A stretch of 64,000 nt of DNA from a virus. The stretch spans positions 1 to 64,000 of the IMG/VR virus record IMGVR_UViG_3300044511_000233; one strand, 5' to 3'. Shown here piece after piece: positions 40,920 to 51,048 of this stretch. Below the pieces are notes generated by a model. It made no database searches and was not told the DNA's origin. It saw only the letters and a list, made by a program, of their open reading frames with translations. How positions within the stretch are numbered: position 1 is the stretch's first letter; every line of letters begins with the position of its first letter. The position numbers were made by a program, and so were the translations under genes.

Positions 40920-41681
40920 GTGAGGATTGTCGACGCGCACAATTATATAAGCCGCGTTTTCGAAAAAGATCTATCAGGACGCGCTCCTCGCAACATCATC
41001 AATGACATGCTCACCCATCGCGGAGAGCCTGTCATTTGGGTCTGGGACTCTCCTGGCGCGAAGGCAACTCGGCAACGCATCCTGCCTTGCTACAAGTCGA
41101 AGCGACTACCGCCTCCTGAAAATATTTGGCCGATCATCTCTCTGATCAAAGAGTCTCTGCAGCACACACCTGTGTTGCAGATTGAGGTGCCACGCTTCGA
41201 AGCCGACGACGTTATTGCGACCCTCGTTCGTAAGTTTCCGCACGAGAAGAAGTTCATCGTGTCGAATGACGCTGACCTACGTCAGCTCCTCGTCGTGCCT
41301 AATACCGAGATCGAAGCGAAGGAGCCCGCATTCGCGGTGCAGCCTCAGCACATTCGTTTGTTCAAGACGTGCGTTGGCGATCCATCGGACAACATTGGCG
41401 GCGTGCCGGGGTTTGGAAGGAAGACGTGGACTGACGTTAACAAAGTGCTCTTAGCCAAAATGCTCGACGACTTCTTTGCGGGAAACGATCCGCAATGGGA
41501 GCAACTCGGCATTCCGAAGCGCTGCATCAACTGGATCAAGGACAATCGCACTGCACTGCGCGAGGTGTGGACAGTTGTTGGTCTATGGGATGTCCCACAC
41601 GACTTGATCAATCGACACACGATCGTGGGCAAACGAGACCCTCTGAAGGTCCAACAGCTACTGGAGCCTTACTACTTATGA
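40920..41681 (+). CDS. 5'-3' exonuclease/flap endonuclease
   Basis: YK..R, FEADDVI, SNDADL.QL, VGDPSDNIGGVPGFG. Confidence 0.92.
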   Translation: MRIVDAHNYISRVFEKDLSGRAPRNIINDMLTHRGEPVIWVWDSPGAKATRQRILPCYKSKRLPPPENIWPIISLIKESLQHTPVLQIEVPRFEADDVIATLVRKFPHEKKFIVSNDADLRQLLVVPNTEIEAKEPAFAVQPQHIRLFKTCVGDPSDNIGGVPGFGRKTWTDVNKVLLAKMLDDFFAGNDPQWEQLGIPKRCINWIKDNRTALREVWTVVGLWDVPHDLINRHTIVGKRDPLKVQQLLEPYYL

Positions 41682-41995
41682 GTTCGAACGAAGAAGAGTG
41701 GCGTGTTCTGGAGGATATTCCAAACTATGAAGTGTCCTCACATGGACGTGTGCGTCACGTTAAACATCAGCGTATCCGGAAGCCGGGTCGGACTATTTCT
41801 GGCCTATTGAACATGACTTTTTCGTTGTGTGGGTTTCCTAAGACCTTCGTTCTCGCTCCTATCATCTGTGCTACTTTTCATCGGCCAAAACCGCATAAGA
41901 ATGCGATCGTGCGTTATCGAGACGGGGACGGTGACAATTTGAATTTTCGGAATTTGTATTGGGGAAGGAGGGGGCATGCTGATCGATGCCCGTAA
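41678..41995 (+). CDS. NUMOD4 / degenerate HNH protein
   Basis: EEWR...NYEVSSHGRVR; VRYRDGD..N...NL. Confidence 0.8.
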   Translation: MSSNEEEWRVLEDIPNYEVSSHGRVRHVKHQRIRKPGRTISGLLNMTFSLCGFPKTFVLAPIICATFHRPKPHKNAIVRYRDGDGDNLNFRNLYWGRRGHADRCP

Positions 41996-44627
41996 TTGGG
42001 ACGAACAGGCTTCCCTGCTGAATGAGCATATCGCAAAAGCCGATTTCATCGGTCTGGATTGTGAGACTCACGACGACAATCGGCACGAAGGTCTCAATCA
42101 GCTTTGCGGTTATGATGCGAAGACGAGGAAAAAGAGCAAAACTAAAAAGCTCGTTTTCGACATGCGTCGAACCGAATTATGCGGAGTCTCACTCTACACG
42201 GAGAGCATGTCGGAGCCCGTCTATATCAACGTCGGTCACGCCGATGTTGAGAACAGAGTCACGCATGACCAGTTTCGAGCCCTTCTGCCGGTCAAACGAC
42301 AGGGTGCCTATTGGGTGGCGCACAACGCTCCGTTCGAGACTACAGTATTTCGATCAACCCTTGGTCACGATCTCGTCAAGGACGGTATCATCTGCACGAT
42401 GCAGATGTGTGTATCTGCTTATGGACCTCAGCAGTACGATCACACAAAGTGGGTGACGTGCGGTGTGGGTGCGATCGAGACACTGATCCCCCAGCTCGTC
42501 GATCTGTCGCTGACTGAGTTCGATCCCGAAACCGGGAAGATGTCGAACAAGCTCGAAGAGTTCATCGGGAAGATTACCTCGAAAGAGAGCGACGCCGCAC
42601 ACTCCTACAACGGGCTAATCAACGCGATCTCTTATGGATATGGCTTGAAGCAGGCCGTGAAGTCGCATTTTGGCGTCCATATGACGACGTTCGAGGAGTG
42701 CCTGGGTGGCAAGGCCCATATGGGCCAGCTCACCGGCGCCGAGACCGCCGCTTACGGCGGTGATGACGCGTTCTGGGCGCTAAGATTGTTCCGCCATCTG
42801 CTCACGATGATGGATGCGGAGACGCTCAAGTGTTTCTTTGAGCAAGAGAATCCAATGATCGGCACCTACGCCGACATCTGGGCCGGCGGCATGCGTGTCG
42901 ACTTCGACGCGATCGAGCGACGTGTTGTCGTCGAGCGGGAAGAGGCGGCGAAGATCCTGCAGCGGCTTCGCGCCGCCGTGCGGGCGCTGCTGCCGTTCCC
43001 CGTGGCGCCCAACGAAGCGCTCGGGAAGCGGGATGAGTGGTATCAGAAGAACCACGCCAAATATCGGACCAACATCACGAAGTGGGCCGAGCTCGATGAC
43101 GCTTCGACACCGTTCGAGGAGCTATCTCGAGCTGCCGGATCTGTGTCACACAACTGGATGAAGGAGGAGGGCAAGGTCAAATCGATGGGGCCGAACTTCT
43201 CTCATTACATGCCGATCAGAACGCTGATGTATGACCTGATCGGCGCCAAGCCGATCATCTATCAAGGTAAGACCCAGAGCGACGGCGAGACGCGCGGTCA
43301 GTTGCGTGACAAGCTGACTGACAAGAATGCGATTGAGATCATTGATTGCATTAACGCCCTTTCGGGCGTTGATCAGCGGATGAAACTATTCATCGCGCCC
43401 TATCGTCTGCTTACTGATCCGGAAACAAATCGGCTCTATCCGGTGGTCACCTCCATGTTGGCTACGCGCCGTATGGCTGCGAGAGACCCCAACCCAATGC
43501 AGCTCGCTAAGCGTGGCGAGTCGACTTATGTCCGGGGCTTTTTTCTTCCGGATGAAGAAGATCATGTGATGGTGTCGATCGACTGGTCGGCGATTGAGCT
43601 CGTGGAGATAGGCGAGTTTTCGGGCGATCCGAAATTCATTGAAGCCTTTAGTCAAATCCCCCATCAGGACCTTCATTCGGGCGCTGCGGCGTCGATCTTG
43701 GAAGTCGAATGCCCTGGTCTGACGGTTGAGGCCTTTAAGGGCTTGAGACAGGTGAAGGTGTGGGACGAATTCGCAAACCAATATGGGTTGAATGATGTCA
43801 ACCGACTGGCAACGAACTTGAAGGGTGAAGCTCTCTCAATCGACAAGGCCTATAAGTATTGGCGCACAGAGGTTGGGAAGGGAGCGAACTTCAATTATTG
43901 GTATAGTGGATTTCTTACGACGATTGGTGAGCGACTAGGCTGGGGGTCGGAGACTACCCAGGCCGCAACAGAGAAATACGCCAACCACTTTGCTGCTGCT
44001 GAGCAGTGGCGTCGCGATACGATCGCACGAATTAAACAAGACGGATTTATCCGTCTGCCTGATGGCCATTGCTATACCAAGTATGAAGCGACTGAGCAGT
44101 GGTTCCTCGAGTGGCTTGCTAAATTCGGCGCCGACACTCCCAATGATCAGTTGAGAAACTATCACTCGATCATTCGCAAGATTGGTCAGCGTATCGCTCG
44201 CCGCGCCGGCAATCAGACGGTGAATGCCTTCATTCAAGGAACCTGCGCGACGATCGCGAAACGGTCTATTCGACGAGTCGATACGAAGATCAAGCAAGAC
44301 GGGTTCCAAGCACGTTTCATGATCCCGGTCCATGACGAATTGATCTGGTCTGTTCATCGTAAGGAAGTCGCGGACTTCATTCCGATGGCTCGTGGCGTCA
44401 TGATTGATCACCCAGACATCTTCCAGAAATGCAAACTCGACGCGTCTCCTTCGGTTGGACTCACGTTCGAACCGTGGAATGAGAACAAGGCGCCGACAGG
44501 TCAAGTCGAACTGTTCGAGTTGCCGAAACAGATTGTTGGCGAGGAGTGGGCCGACAAGCGTGCTGATTCTAACAAGACCCGAGAGGTGATCGATTGGCTC
44601 TTCGAGCAGAGGAAGAAAGCAGCTTGA
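41976..44627 (+). CDS. polA: Family A DNA polymerase with 3'-5' exonuclease
   Basis: DCET, AHNAPFE, motif A DWSAIE, motif B K...F...Y, motif C VHDE. Confidence 0.95.
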   Translation: MLIDARNWDEQASLLNEHIAKADFIGLDCETHDDNRHEGLNQLCGYDAKTRKKSKTKKLVFDMRRTELCGVSLYTESMSEPVYINVGHADVENRVTHDQFRALLPVKRQGAYWVAHNAPFETTVFRSTLGHDLVKDGIICTMQMCVSAYGPQQYDHTKWVTCGVGAIETLIPQLVDLSLTEFDPETGKMSNKLEEFIGKITSKESDAAHSYNGLINAISYGYGLKQAVKSHFGVHMTTFEECLGGKAHMGQLTGAETAAYGGDDAFWALRLFRHLLTMMDAETLKCFFEQENPMIGTYADIWAGGMRVDFDAIERRVVVEREEAAKILQRLRAAVRALLPFPVAPNEALGKRDEWYQKNHAKYRTNITKWAELDDASTPFEELSRAAGSVSHNWMKEEGKVKSMGPNFSHYMPIRTLMYDLIGAKPIIYQGKTQSDGETRGQLRDKLTDKNAIEIIDCINALSGVDQRMKLFIAPYRLLTDPETNRLYPVVTSMLATRRMAARDPNPMQLAKRGESTYVRGFFLPDEEDHVMVSIDWSAIELVEIGEFSGDPKFIEAFSQIPHQDLHSGAAASILEVECPGLTVEAFKGLRQVKVWDEFANQYGLNDVNRLATNLKGEALSIDKAYKYWRTEVGKGANFNYWYSGFLTTIGERLGWGSETTQAATEKYANHFAAAEQWRRDTIARIKQDGFIRLPDGHCYTKYEATEQWFLEWLAKFGADTPNDQLRNYHSIIRKIGQRIARRAGNQTVNAFIQGTCATIAKRSIRRVDTKIKQDGFQARFMIPVHDELIWSVHRKEVADFIPMARGVMIDHPDIFQKCKLDASPSVGLTFEPWNENKAPTGQVELFELPKQIVGEEWADKRADSNKTREVIDWLFEQRKKAA

Positions 44628-45030
44628 CTCAAGAACAGGTTGCTCATTTAGCGAATACCGTAATTTCTATTCTAGGCCCGACCGCAACTGACGCGAACGT
44701 CATTCTCCTTCTCACATCTACACTGATGACGTTTCTGAACTCACTTCCCCCAGATCGTCAGACAGCGTTCATCATATCGATTAATCGCAACCTGAACACG
44801 AAGCCAGTTTTCGATCCGAACTGTTGCTCCTCTTGCACAGATGGGAATGAGATCGTCGACACTCTTATCGACAAGCTAGCTCATATTCCGGAAACCGTTG
44901 CTCTTCGAACGCTCGCGCATCTCCTCCGCGGTCTTCTTAACTCTACCAGAGACGATGATCTGGCCGGGGACATTGAAGAGGAATTGGCGGAGATTTTATT
45001 TCCGACACCGAGTCCAGAGGAGATCCGACA

Positions 45031-45435
45031 TTGAATGAAGTTCCAAACGCATCTGAGTATGACCGCGCGGGTATGGCGTGGGCGCTGATTGAACACGTCT
45101 GTCACGGCGCCGCTGCTCGTAATGGGTGGTGGACCGATCTCAAGACGGGTGAGTCTCTGATCGGTAAGCGCAACGTCGGTGAGATGCTGTGCTTGATTCA
45201 CAGCGAGGTCAGCGAAGCTCTCGAGGGGCACCGCAAGAACAAAATGGATGACCATCTTCCGCATCGAAAATCAATGGAGGTCGAGCTCGCTGATGCGATT
45301 ATTCGTATCGCTGACCTCGGCGCTGCTCTTGGATTGGATGTCGGCTCGGCGCTCGCAGAGAAGCTGCTCTACAACGATCAGCGACTGGACCACAAGCGCG
45401 AGGCTCGCCTTGCCGATGGGGGCAAGCAGTTCTGA
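45031..45435 (+). CDS. MazG-like nucleotide pyrophosphohydrolase
   Basis: LIHSEVSEALEGHRK...EVELADAIIRI.DL. Confidence 0.88.
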   Translation: MNEVPNASEYDRAGMAWALIEHVCHGAAARNGWWTDLKTGESLIGKRNVGEMLCLIHSEVSEALEGHRKNKMDDHLPHRKSMEVELADAIIRIADLGAALGLDVGSALAEKLLYNDQRLDHKREARLADGGKQF

Positions 45436-46514
45436 TGCTCAGCAACCCTATCTATAAACGAGATGCGAGCGGCCGTGTGCGCATTTGGCAGTATGAAGTC
45501 CAAGGCCCATGCTGGCGCACGCTGTCAGGCCTCCCAGGGGGTGAACTTCTTACCACTGGCTGGACGACCTGCAAGCCGAAATCCCAGGACACTGCCGAAG
45601 AGCAGGCCCTTTTCGAGGCGCAGGCCGAGGAGAAGAAGAAGCTCGATCGCGATTACCGATCGACGATCGACGACGTCGATCGGCCTCGCGACAGTGTCGT
45701 CAAGCCGATGCTCGCGCACAAGTTCGAAGGGTGGGTTGCTGGGTGGAAGAATATCTACTGCCAGCCCAAACTCGATGGCATTCGCTGTATCGCAACGGCG
45801 AACGGGCTGTGGAGCCGGCAAGGGAAGCCGATCGTCTCCTGTCGCCATATTGAGCAGTCGTTGGCGCCGCTGTTCCAGCGGTGCCCGACGCTGATCCTCG
45901 ATGGCGAGCTCTATAACCACGAGCTCAAGGACGACTTCAACACGATTACCTCAGTCGTGAAGAAATTGAAGCCGTCTGAGGAGGACTTCGAAAAGGCTCG
46001 ATCACTGATCCAGTATCATGTCTATGACATGCCATCGCGCGATGGCATGTTCGGCGAGCGTCTCGAACAGATTAGGTCGTTCAATCTTGACCCCAATAGT
46101 CCCCTCAGAGAGGTGCATACACTCCATTGCGCGACTGAGCGGCTGCTCAACGATCATTACGAGTGGTGTCTGCAGGATGGATTCGAGGGTCAGATCATTC
46201 GCCTGAACGGCGCCTACGAACAGAAGCGATCGAAGCTGCTGTTGAAGAGGAAAGAGTTCCTCGACGAGGAATTTGACGTGATCCGCGTCGAGGAGGGGCA
46301 GGGCAACTGGGCGGGATACGCCAAGCGCGCCGTGCTGCGTTTGAAGGATGGCCGCGAGTTCGGCGCCGGCATTCGTGGGACCCAGGGTTTCTGCTTGCAG
46401 CTCCTGCACAGCCCGACGCCGTCGAGCGCCACCGTGCGCTACTTCGCGCTCACGCCTGATGGCATGCCGCGATTTCCAGTCGTCACAGCGTTTCATGAAG
46501 GGACGAGGTTGTGA
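45435..46514 (+). CDS. lig: ATP-dependent DNA ligase
   Basis: QPKLDGIR, LDGELY, GFEG, KRS..LLK.K, PRFP. Confidence 0.93.
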   Translation: MLSNPIYKRDASGRVRIWQYEVQGPCWRTLSGLPGGELLTTGWTTCKPKSQDTAEEQALFEAQAEEKKKLDRDYRSTIDDVDRPRDSVVKPMLAHKFEGWVAGWKNIYCQPKLDGIRCIATANGLWSRQGKPIVSCRHIEQSLAPLFQRCPTLILDGELYNHELKDDFNTITSVVKKLKPSEEDFEKARSLIQYHVYDMPSRDGMFGERLEQIRSFNLDPNSPLREVHTLHCATERLLNDHYEWCLQDGFEGQIIRLNGAYEQKRSKLLLKRKEFLDEEFDVIRVEEGQGNWAGYAKRAVLRLKDGREFGAGIRGTQGFCLQLLHSPTPSSATVRYFALTPDGMPRFPVVTAFHEGTRL

Positions 46515-46870
46515 CGATCTACATCGCGAGCAAGACCTATCACGCTCCACTGTGGAGAGATCTGAGAACACAAGGCATCCCCATCATTTCAACTTGGATC
46601 GACGAAGCTGGAGATGAGGAATCGTCCTCATTTGAGGACCTTTGGCGTCGGTGCATTGATGAGGCGTCCAGCGCGCAGTTCACGATTGTGTATCGTGCTT
46701 CTGGGGATGTTTTGAAGGGGGCGCTGATCGAGGTTGGAGCAGCGCTTGCATCAGGACGTCAGGTGATTGCGGTTGGGTGTGAGGGTTTCACATTCACACA
46801 TCACAAACAGGTTCAACACGCTGCATCGATGCAGGAAGCTCTCAAAATATGTGAAGGAGAGAAACTATGA
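46511..46870 (+). CDS. Nucleoside 2'-deoxyribosyltransferase-like protein
   Basis: TIYIAS...STWID...GALIEVGAALA.G. Confidence 0.75.
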   Translation: MTIYIASKTYHAPLWRDLRTQGIPIISTWIDEAGDEESSSFEDLWRRCIDEASSAQFTIVYRASGDVLKGALIEVGAALASGRQVIAVGCEGFTFTHHKQVQHAASMQEALKICEGEKL

Positions 46871-47096
46871 AAGTCCTACTGGTTTGGGAAGAAGTTCCCG
46901 AGAACACCAAATTTTATGTGCTTGAAGGCGAGATTGCTGATCTCGCTCTTAAATGCGCAGGCCAGTATGTCAACACGGTCGAGGAGACCGACGAGATTGA
47001 GCAGTTGAGCGAGGCGATTGGTGGTCATCCCTCGTTCGGCATCGACGAGCCGATCGAGGGTCCGTTCGATAAGGTGGTTGTTGCAGGGTTCATAAT

Positions 47097-47600
47097 GTGA
47101 TGGCGAATCCTCAAATCACCATGACTGTCGGAGCTCCAGGCTCCGGCAAAACGACCTATGCTCGATCGCTAGATCCAACCGAATGGGTCATCATTTCGCT
47201 CGACGATATTCGAGCGTCGCTCTTTGGGTCCAAGCAAGTTTACTGGAAACACGTTGGGGAAAATCCCTGGATGCGTGATCTGATTCACACAGTTCAGAGA
47301 GGGATGCTGAGATCGGCGCTCAAACTCGAAAAGAACGTCGTGCTTGCGAACACTCACACCAATCCTGAGTCATGCCATGACGTCATAGACATACTCGTCA
47401 CTCACAGGATCGAGCCCAAGATTGTCGTCTTTGATGTTCCTTGGGAAACACTCGTAGCTCGTGAACAAGTGCGCACCGCGGAAGATGCGGTCGGCCAAAC
47501 GTTCCTTCGACAATCATATGAGCAACAATGGGCACCCAATGCGTGGTGGAGGTCAATGCCGAATGTGGAATTTAACCACCAAGCAGAAACTCGCGCTTAA
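47097..47600 (+). CDS. Polynucleotide kinase-like P-loop (AAA_33)
   Basis: VGAPGSGKTTYA, ISLDDIR. Confidence 0.85.
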   Translation: MMANPQITMTVGAPGSGKTTYARSLDPTEWVIISLDDIRASLFGSKQVYWKHVGENPWMRDLIHTVQRGMLRSALKLEKNVVLANTHTNPESCHDVIDILVTHRIEPKIVVFDVPWETLVAREQVRTAEDAVGQTFLRQSYEQQWAPNAWWRSMPNVEFNHQAETRA

Positions 47601-47795
47601 AGCGGTCGATGACCACATCAACGGTTATCGACCGCTCACGATCCAAGGTCAGTATTTCGGAGCGGTGAAGGCTCACCGTTTTCACCTCGACGATACGGAT
47701 CTCACACATCAAGTCCGAGCGTTGATGAAGCAGGGCTACGTTCGGTGGCGCAACAAACAGCTAGCTTTTACTGAGAAGGGGAATGAGGCTCTAGG

Positions 47796-48728
47796 ATGAC
47801 CACTATCTCTGCACAAAGTGTTCTCGCGTCCAAGCACGCGATCACCGGCGACCGGATCGACACGCTGCTGTTGCGCTATCCGCGCTGCATTCACTCCGAG
47901 TTTATGACGCATCGCATGTTCAGTCGGAACGCAGCGTCGTCGCGCGCGATTCCTGTCGAGAAGCTGATACAAGATGTGCTCGACGACCCGTTCGTGCCGC
48001 TGCATTGGGGCAAGAACCAGAAGGGGATGCAGGCGAACGAGGAGTGCAATGAGGAGGTTCGAGTCGATGACCGTCCAGGTTATGAGCCACTTCCGCGTCA
48101 GCTAGCTTGGCTGCTTGCTCGTGATCAAGCAGTTGAAGTGGCGCGGGCTTTTGCCGAGGCCGGCTATCACAAGCAGATCGTGAACCGGCTGCTTGAGCCG
48201 TGGATGCACATCACCGTCGTCTGCACCTCGACTAATTGGTCGAACTTCCTGGCGCTGCGCGATCATCCCGACGCCGAGCCGCACATTCAGATGCTTGCGC
48301 GCGAGGTTCGAAAGGCGCTTGAGGGCGCTGAGGTGCGGCTATTGGCGCCGGGTGAGTGGCATTTGCCGTTTGTGATTGACGAAGACCGCGGGAGGGCGTG
48401 GAAGCACACCTACCAGAGTGGAGTTCCTCCCGAAGGGAGGAAGTCGGAGGAGGTGAGACAGAGCCTGATCAAGCTCTCTGTTGCTCGCTGCGCCAGTACC
48501 TCGTATCGAACCGTCGATGGCTTCGACATGACGTTGGAGCGTGCTATCGAGCTTCACGACAAGCTGCTCAACAGTAACCCGATGCACGCCTCGCCGTTCG
48601 AGCATCAGGTTCAGGCGGACGAAGTCCTCGGAGATGAGGGTTGGGGGTGTTACGTGCATCCCGAGCAGCACGGCAACTTCACCGGCTTCCGTCAGTATCG
48701 AAAGATGCTTCCGGGAGAGTGCCGATGA
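47796..48728 (+). CDS. thyX: Flavin-dependent thymidylate synthase
   Basis: HSEFMTHRMFSRNAASSRAIP, HKQIVNRLLEP, HASPFEH. Confidence 0.9.
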   Translation: MTTISAQSVLASKHAITGDRIDTLLLRYPRCIHSEFMTHRMFSRNAASSRAIPVEKLIQDVLDDPFVPLHWGKNQKGMQANEECNEEVRVDDRPGYEPLPRQLAWLLARDQAVEVARAFAEAGYHKQIVNRLLEPWMHITVVCTSTNWSNFLALRDHPDAEPHIQMLAREVRKALEGAEVRLLAPGEWHLPFVIDEDRGRAWKHTYQSGVPPEGRKSEEVRQSLIKLSVARCASTSYRTVDGFDMTLERAIELHDKLLNSNPMHASPFEHQVQADEVLGDEGWGCYVHPEQHGNFTGFRQYRKMLPGECR

Positions 48729-48994
48729 TTCATGGCATCCCCGCAGACCGCGCTGCGCTTCTTCGCAATCCTACAATCGAAGGTGCGATGAAGTTCTGGA
48801 ACCGTCAACTGCTCGGAAACCCTGTTGAGCAAGAGACTGCGCTTGCGGGTCTGTATAAGGCACGCCTGCAGTGGAAGGGTTAAACGAAGCAAATGATCAA
48901 AGAGAGCAAGAAGTGGCTCGCGGATCACGGCTATGGGCCGGTTCCGCATGTTGATCCTAACGCACCCATGGCTCAACCTCTTCGAAAGCAGTGA
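48725..48994 (+). pseudogene. Small gene with an in-frame TAA at 48881
   Basis: The frame continues TKQMIKESKKWLADHGY... to TGA at 48994, next to the following start. Confidence 0.55.
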
Positions 48995-48997
48995 CCA

Positions 48998-49456
48998 GTG
49001 AACTCTTGGGACCTCCGCTTCCTCCGGCTCGCCAAAGAGATTTCGACGTGGTCGAAAGACCCATCAACGCGAGTTGGCGCCGTCATCACGAACAACCGGA
49101 ACCAAATCCTCTCACTCGGTTTCAACGGGTTCCCGAGGGGGGTCAATGACGATGATCGTCTCAACGATCGGGACACGAAACTCAAGATGGTTGTTCATGC
49201 GGAAGCCAATGCGCTCTTGAATGCATCGTGCTCTCTGCGTGACTCGGTCGCTTACATCTATCCGTTCATGCCGTGTTCGAATTGCGCCGGACTCCTGATC
49301 CAGGCCGGCGTCAAGCGCGTCGTGTCGATCATGAACGATAACCCGCGGTGGCAGGAGAGCTTTAAGCTGACGCGGCGGATGTTCGTTGAAACCGACGTCG
49401 AGCTGATCCTCTATGACGCCGACTCTATCAGAGATTTGATTCAGATGAGTGCGTAG
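48998..49456 (+). CDS. dCMP deaminase
   Basis: SKDPSTRVGA, GFNGFPRG, HAE, PCxxC. Confidence 0.95.
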   Translation: MNSWDLRFLRLAKEISTWSKDPSTRVGAVITNNRNQILSLGFNGFPRGVNDDDRLNDRDTKLKMVVHAEANALLNASCSLRDSVAYIYPFMPCSNCAGLLIQAGVKRVVSIMNDNPRWQESFKLTRRMFVETDVELILYDADSIRDLIQMSA

Positions 49457-49474
49457 CTGTGTCATCGTGCCCGA

Positions 49475-49906
49475 ATGAAAAATTCGGGCAAGCCCTCAGA
49501 GCAAATATTTGAGGACTATTTTGCGTCGCTCGGCAAGCGAGCCTATCTGCATCGCCTTGTCGACGCCGCAGAGGTTAGGGGCCGCACTGGAAAGATTGGG
49601 CAGGTGCGCTCGGCGCCTGCGGACTACATCGTTACGTGTGATGGTCAGACCTTCTATGCGGAAGTGAAGTCGACCATTCACAAGACGCGCTTCGCCTTCT
49701 CCCTCTTACGAACCTCACAAACGGCTGCGGCAAAACAAGTGCTCGCGGCTGGGGGAGATTACTTTGTCTACATACACTCCATAGTGAGGAACGAATGGTT
49801 CAGGGTGCCATACAAGAGCTTGAAGTCGTTGCAGCCGGAGGCTTCATCGATCAAGTGGTGCGACCTCAGTTGGTCGCAGACGAAGGTCGGTATTTTACCG
49901 ACGTGA
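49475..49906 (+). CDS. RecU-like Holliday junction resolvase (PD-(D/E)XK)
   Basis: G..SE..FE, PADY, EVKS, Q. Confidence 0.75.
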   Translation: MKNSGKPSEQIFEDYFASLGKRAYLHRLVDAAEVRGRTGKIGQVRSAPADYIVTCDGQTFYAEVKSTIHKTRFAFSLLRTSQTAAAKQVLAAGGDYFVYIHSIVRNEWFRVPYKSLKSLQPEASSIKWCDLSWSQTKVGILPT

Positions 49907-50433
49907 TGGTTGATCTTGAGACGACGGGAACGGACCCCTCTCACAACCATATTGTTCAGCTCGCCGCTGTTCGTTTCAATATTGAAACGAAGGAGATCGA
50001 TGCGAAGGAGATGTTCGATCGTTGTCTCCTACCCGTTGGCAGTTCCCGTTTTTGGGATGAATCCACGAGAACATGGTGGAGTCAGCAGAAGGCTGGCGTT
50101 CTAGACGACATCCTTTTCCGTGGAGAAGATCCGAAAACGGTGCTGCTCGCCTTCACGAACTTCCTAGCTCGCACACGCTCGCCCAGGCCGGTGAGGTTGT
50201 GGGCGAAGCCGATCAGTTTCGAATGGCCGTTCCTGCAGAGTTACATGCGCGAATACGGTGTCGAGATGCCAATCCCATATTGGAATTGTGAAGACCTCAA
50301 CAGCTTTATCGATGGACGCAGTCGCGTCTATCGCAGCCGAAAGGACTTTTGGGCTGACATTCCATTCGAGGGTGATCAGCATAACGCCCTTCATGATTGC
50401 ATCCACCAAATTAAGGGAGCGTTTGCGGCGTGA
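49795..50433 (+). CDS. DEDDh 3'-5' exonuclease
   Basis: MVDLETTG, T.TWW..Q, HNALHD. True start is downstream of 49795. Confidence 0.88.
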   Translation: MVQGAIQELEVVAAGGFIDQVVRPQLVADEGRYFTDVMVDLETTGTDPSHNHIVQLAAVRFNIETKEIDAKEMFDRCLLPVGSSRFWDESTRTWWSQQKAGVLDDILFRGEDPKTVLLAFTNFLARTRSPRPVRLWAKPISFEWPFLQSYMREYGVEMPIPYWNCEDLNSFIDGRSRVYRSRKDFWADIPFEGDQHNALHDCIHQIKGAFAA

Positions 50434-50610
50434 CGGCGCGCATGTCCGTTCCTTGCCCCGAACGGCCTGAGCTCGCAGCACTTATCGAGCGCACCAAGCA
50501 ACTCTGGGGCACGCTCAGCGCCCCAGAGAAGGCCGAGCTCATTCAAGCTCAACGTCGCTCATGGGTGATTGGGGAGATGCTCCTCGAGCACCCAGAAATG
50601 ACGCGAGAAT

Positions 50611-51048
50611 ATGCGGAGTGGATTCTTGATCAAGTTACGACTTAGCACTGCACTCGTCGCTCTTTTTGTCGCGACGTCACCTGCTTCAGCCAACTTGCAC
50701 CCTTTTAATTGGCAGTGGATGTTCCGCGGCCCTGAAGCGAGACAGCCTTATAAGACCGCTGTTACGATCACGCGGGCGTCCTGGTATGGCGGAGGCGAAC
50801 GCCTGAGCCGACATAGCGCCAACGGCGAGCGCTTCAGTCCGAATGGACTGACGGCTGCACATCGCAGCCTGCCTTTCGGAACGCGACTTCGTGTCTCCTA
50901 CAACGGACGATCAGTCGTCGTGCGTGTCACGGATCGCGGCCCCGCAAAACGTACTGGACGGTCGTTGGATCTATCTCGCCGCGCCGCGGCGCAGATCGGT
51001 CTGATCGGCGCCGGCGTAGGCGTGGTGCAGATGGAGGTGCTTCGTTGA
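50611..51048 (+). CDS. rlpA: RlpA-like DPBB lytic transglycosylase with signal peptide
   Basis: ASWYG, ANGE, TAAHRSLPFGT, DRGP, LDLS; hydrophobic N-terminus. Confidence 0.9.
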   Translation: MRSGFLIKLRLSTALVALFVATSPASANLHPFNWQWMFRGPEARQPYKTAVTITRASWYGGGERLSRHSANGERFSPNGLTAAHRSLPFGTRLRVSYNGRSVVVRVTDRGPAKRTGRSLDLSRRAAAQIGLIGAGVGVVQMEVLR

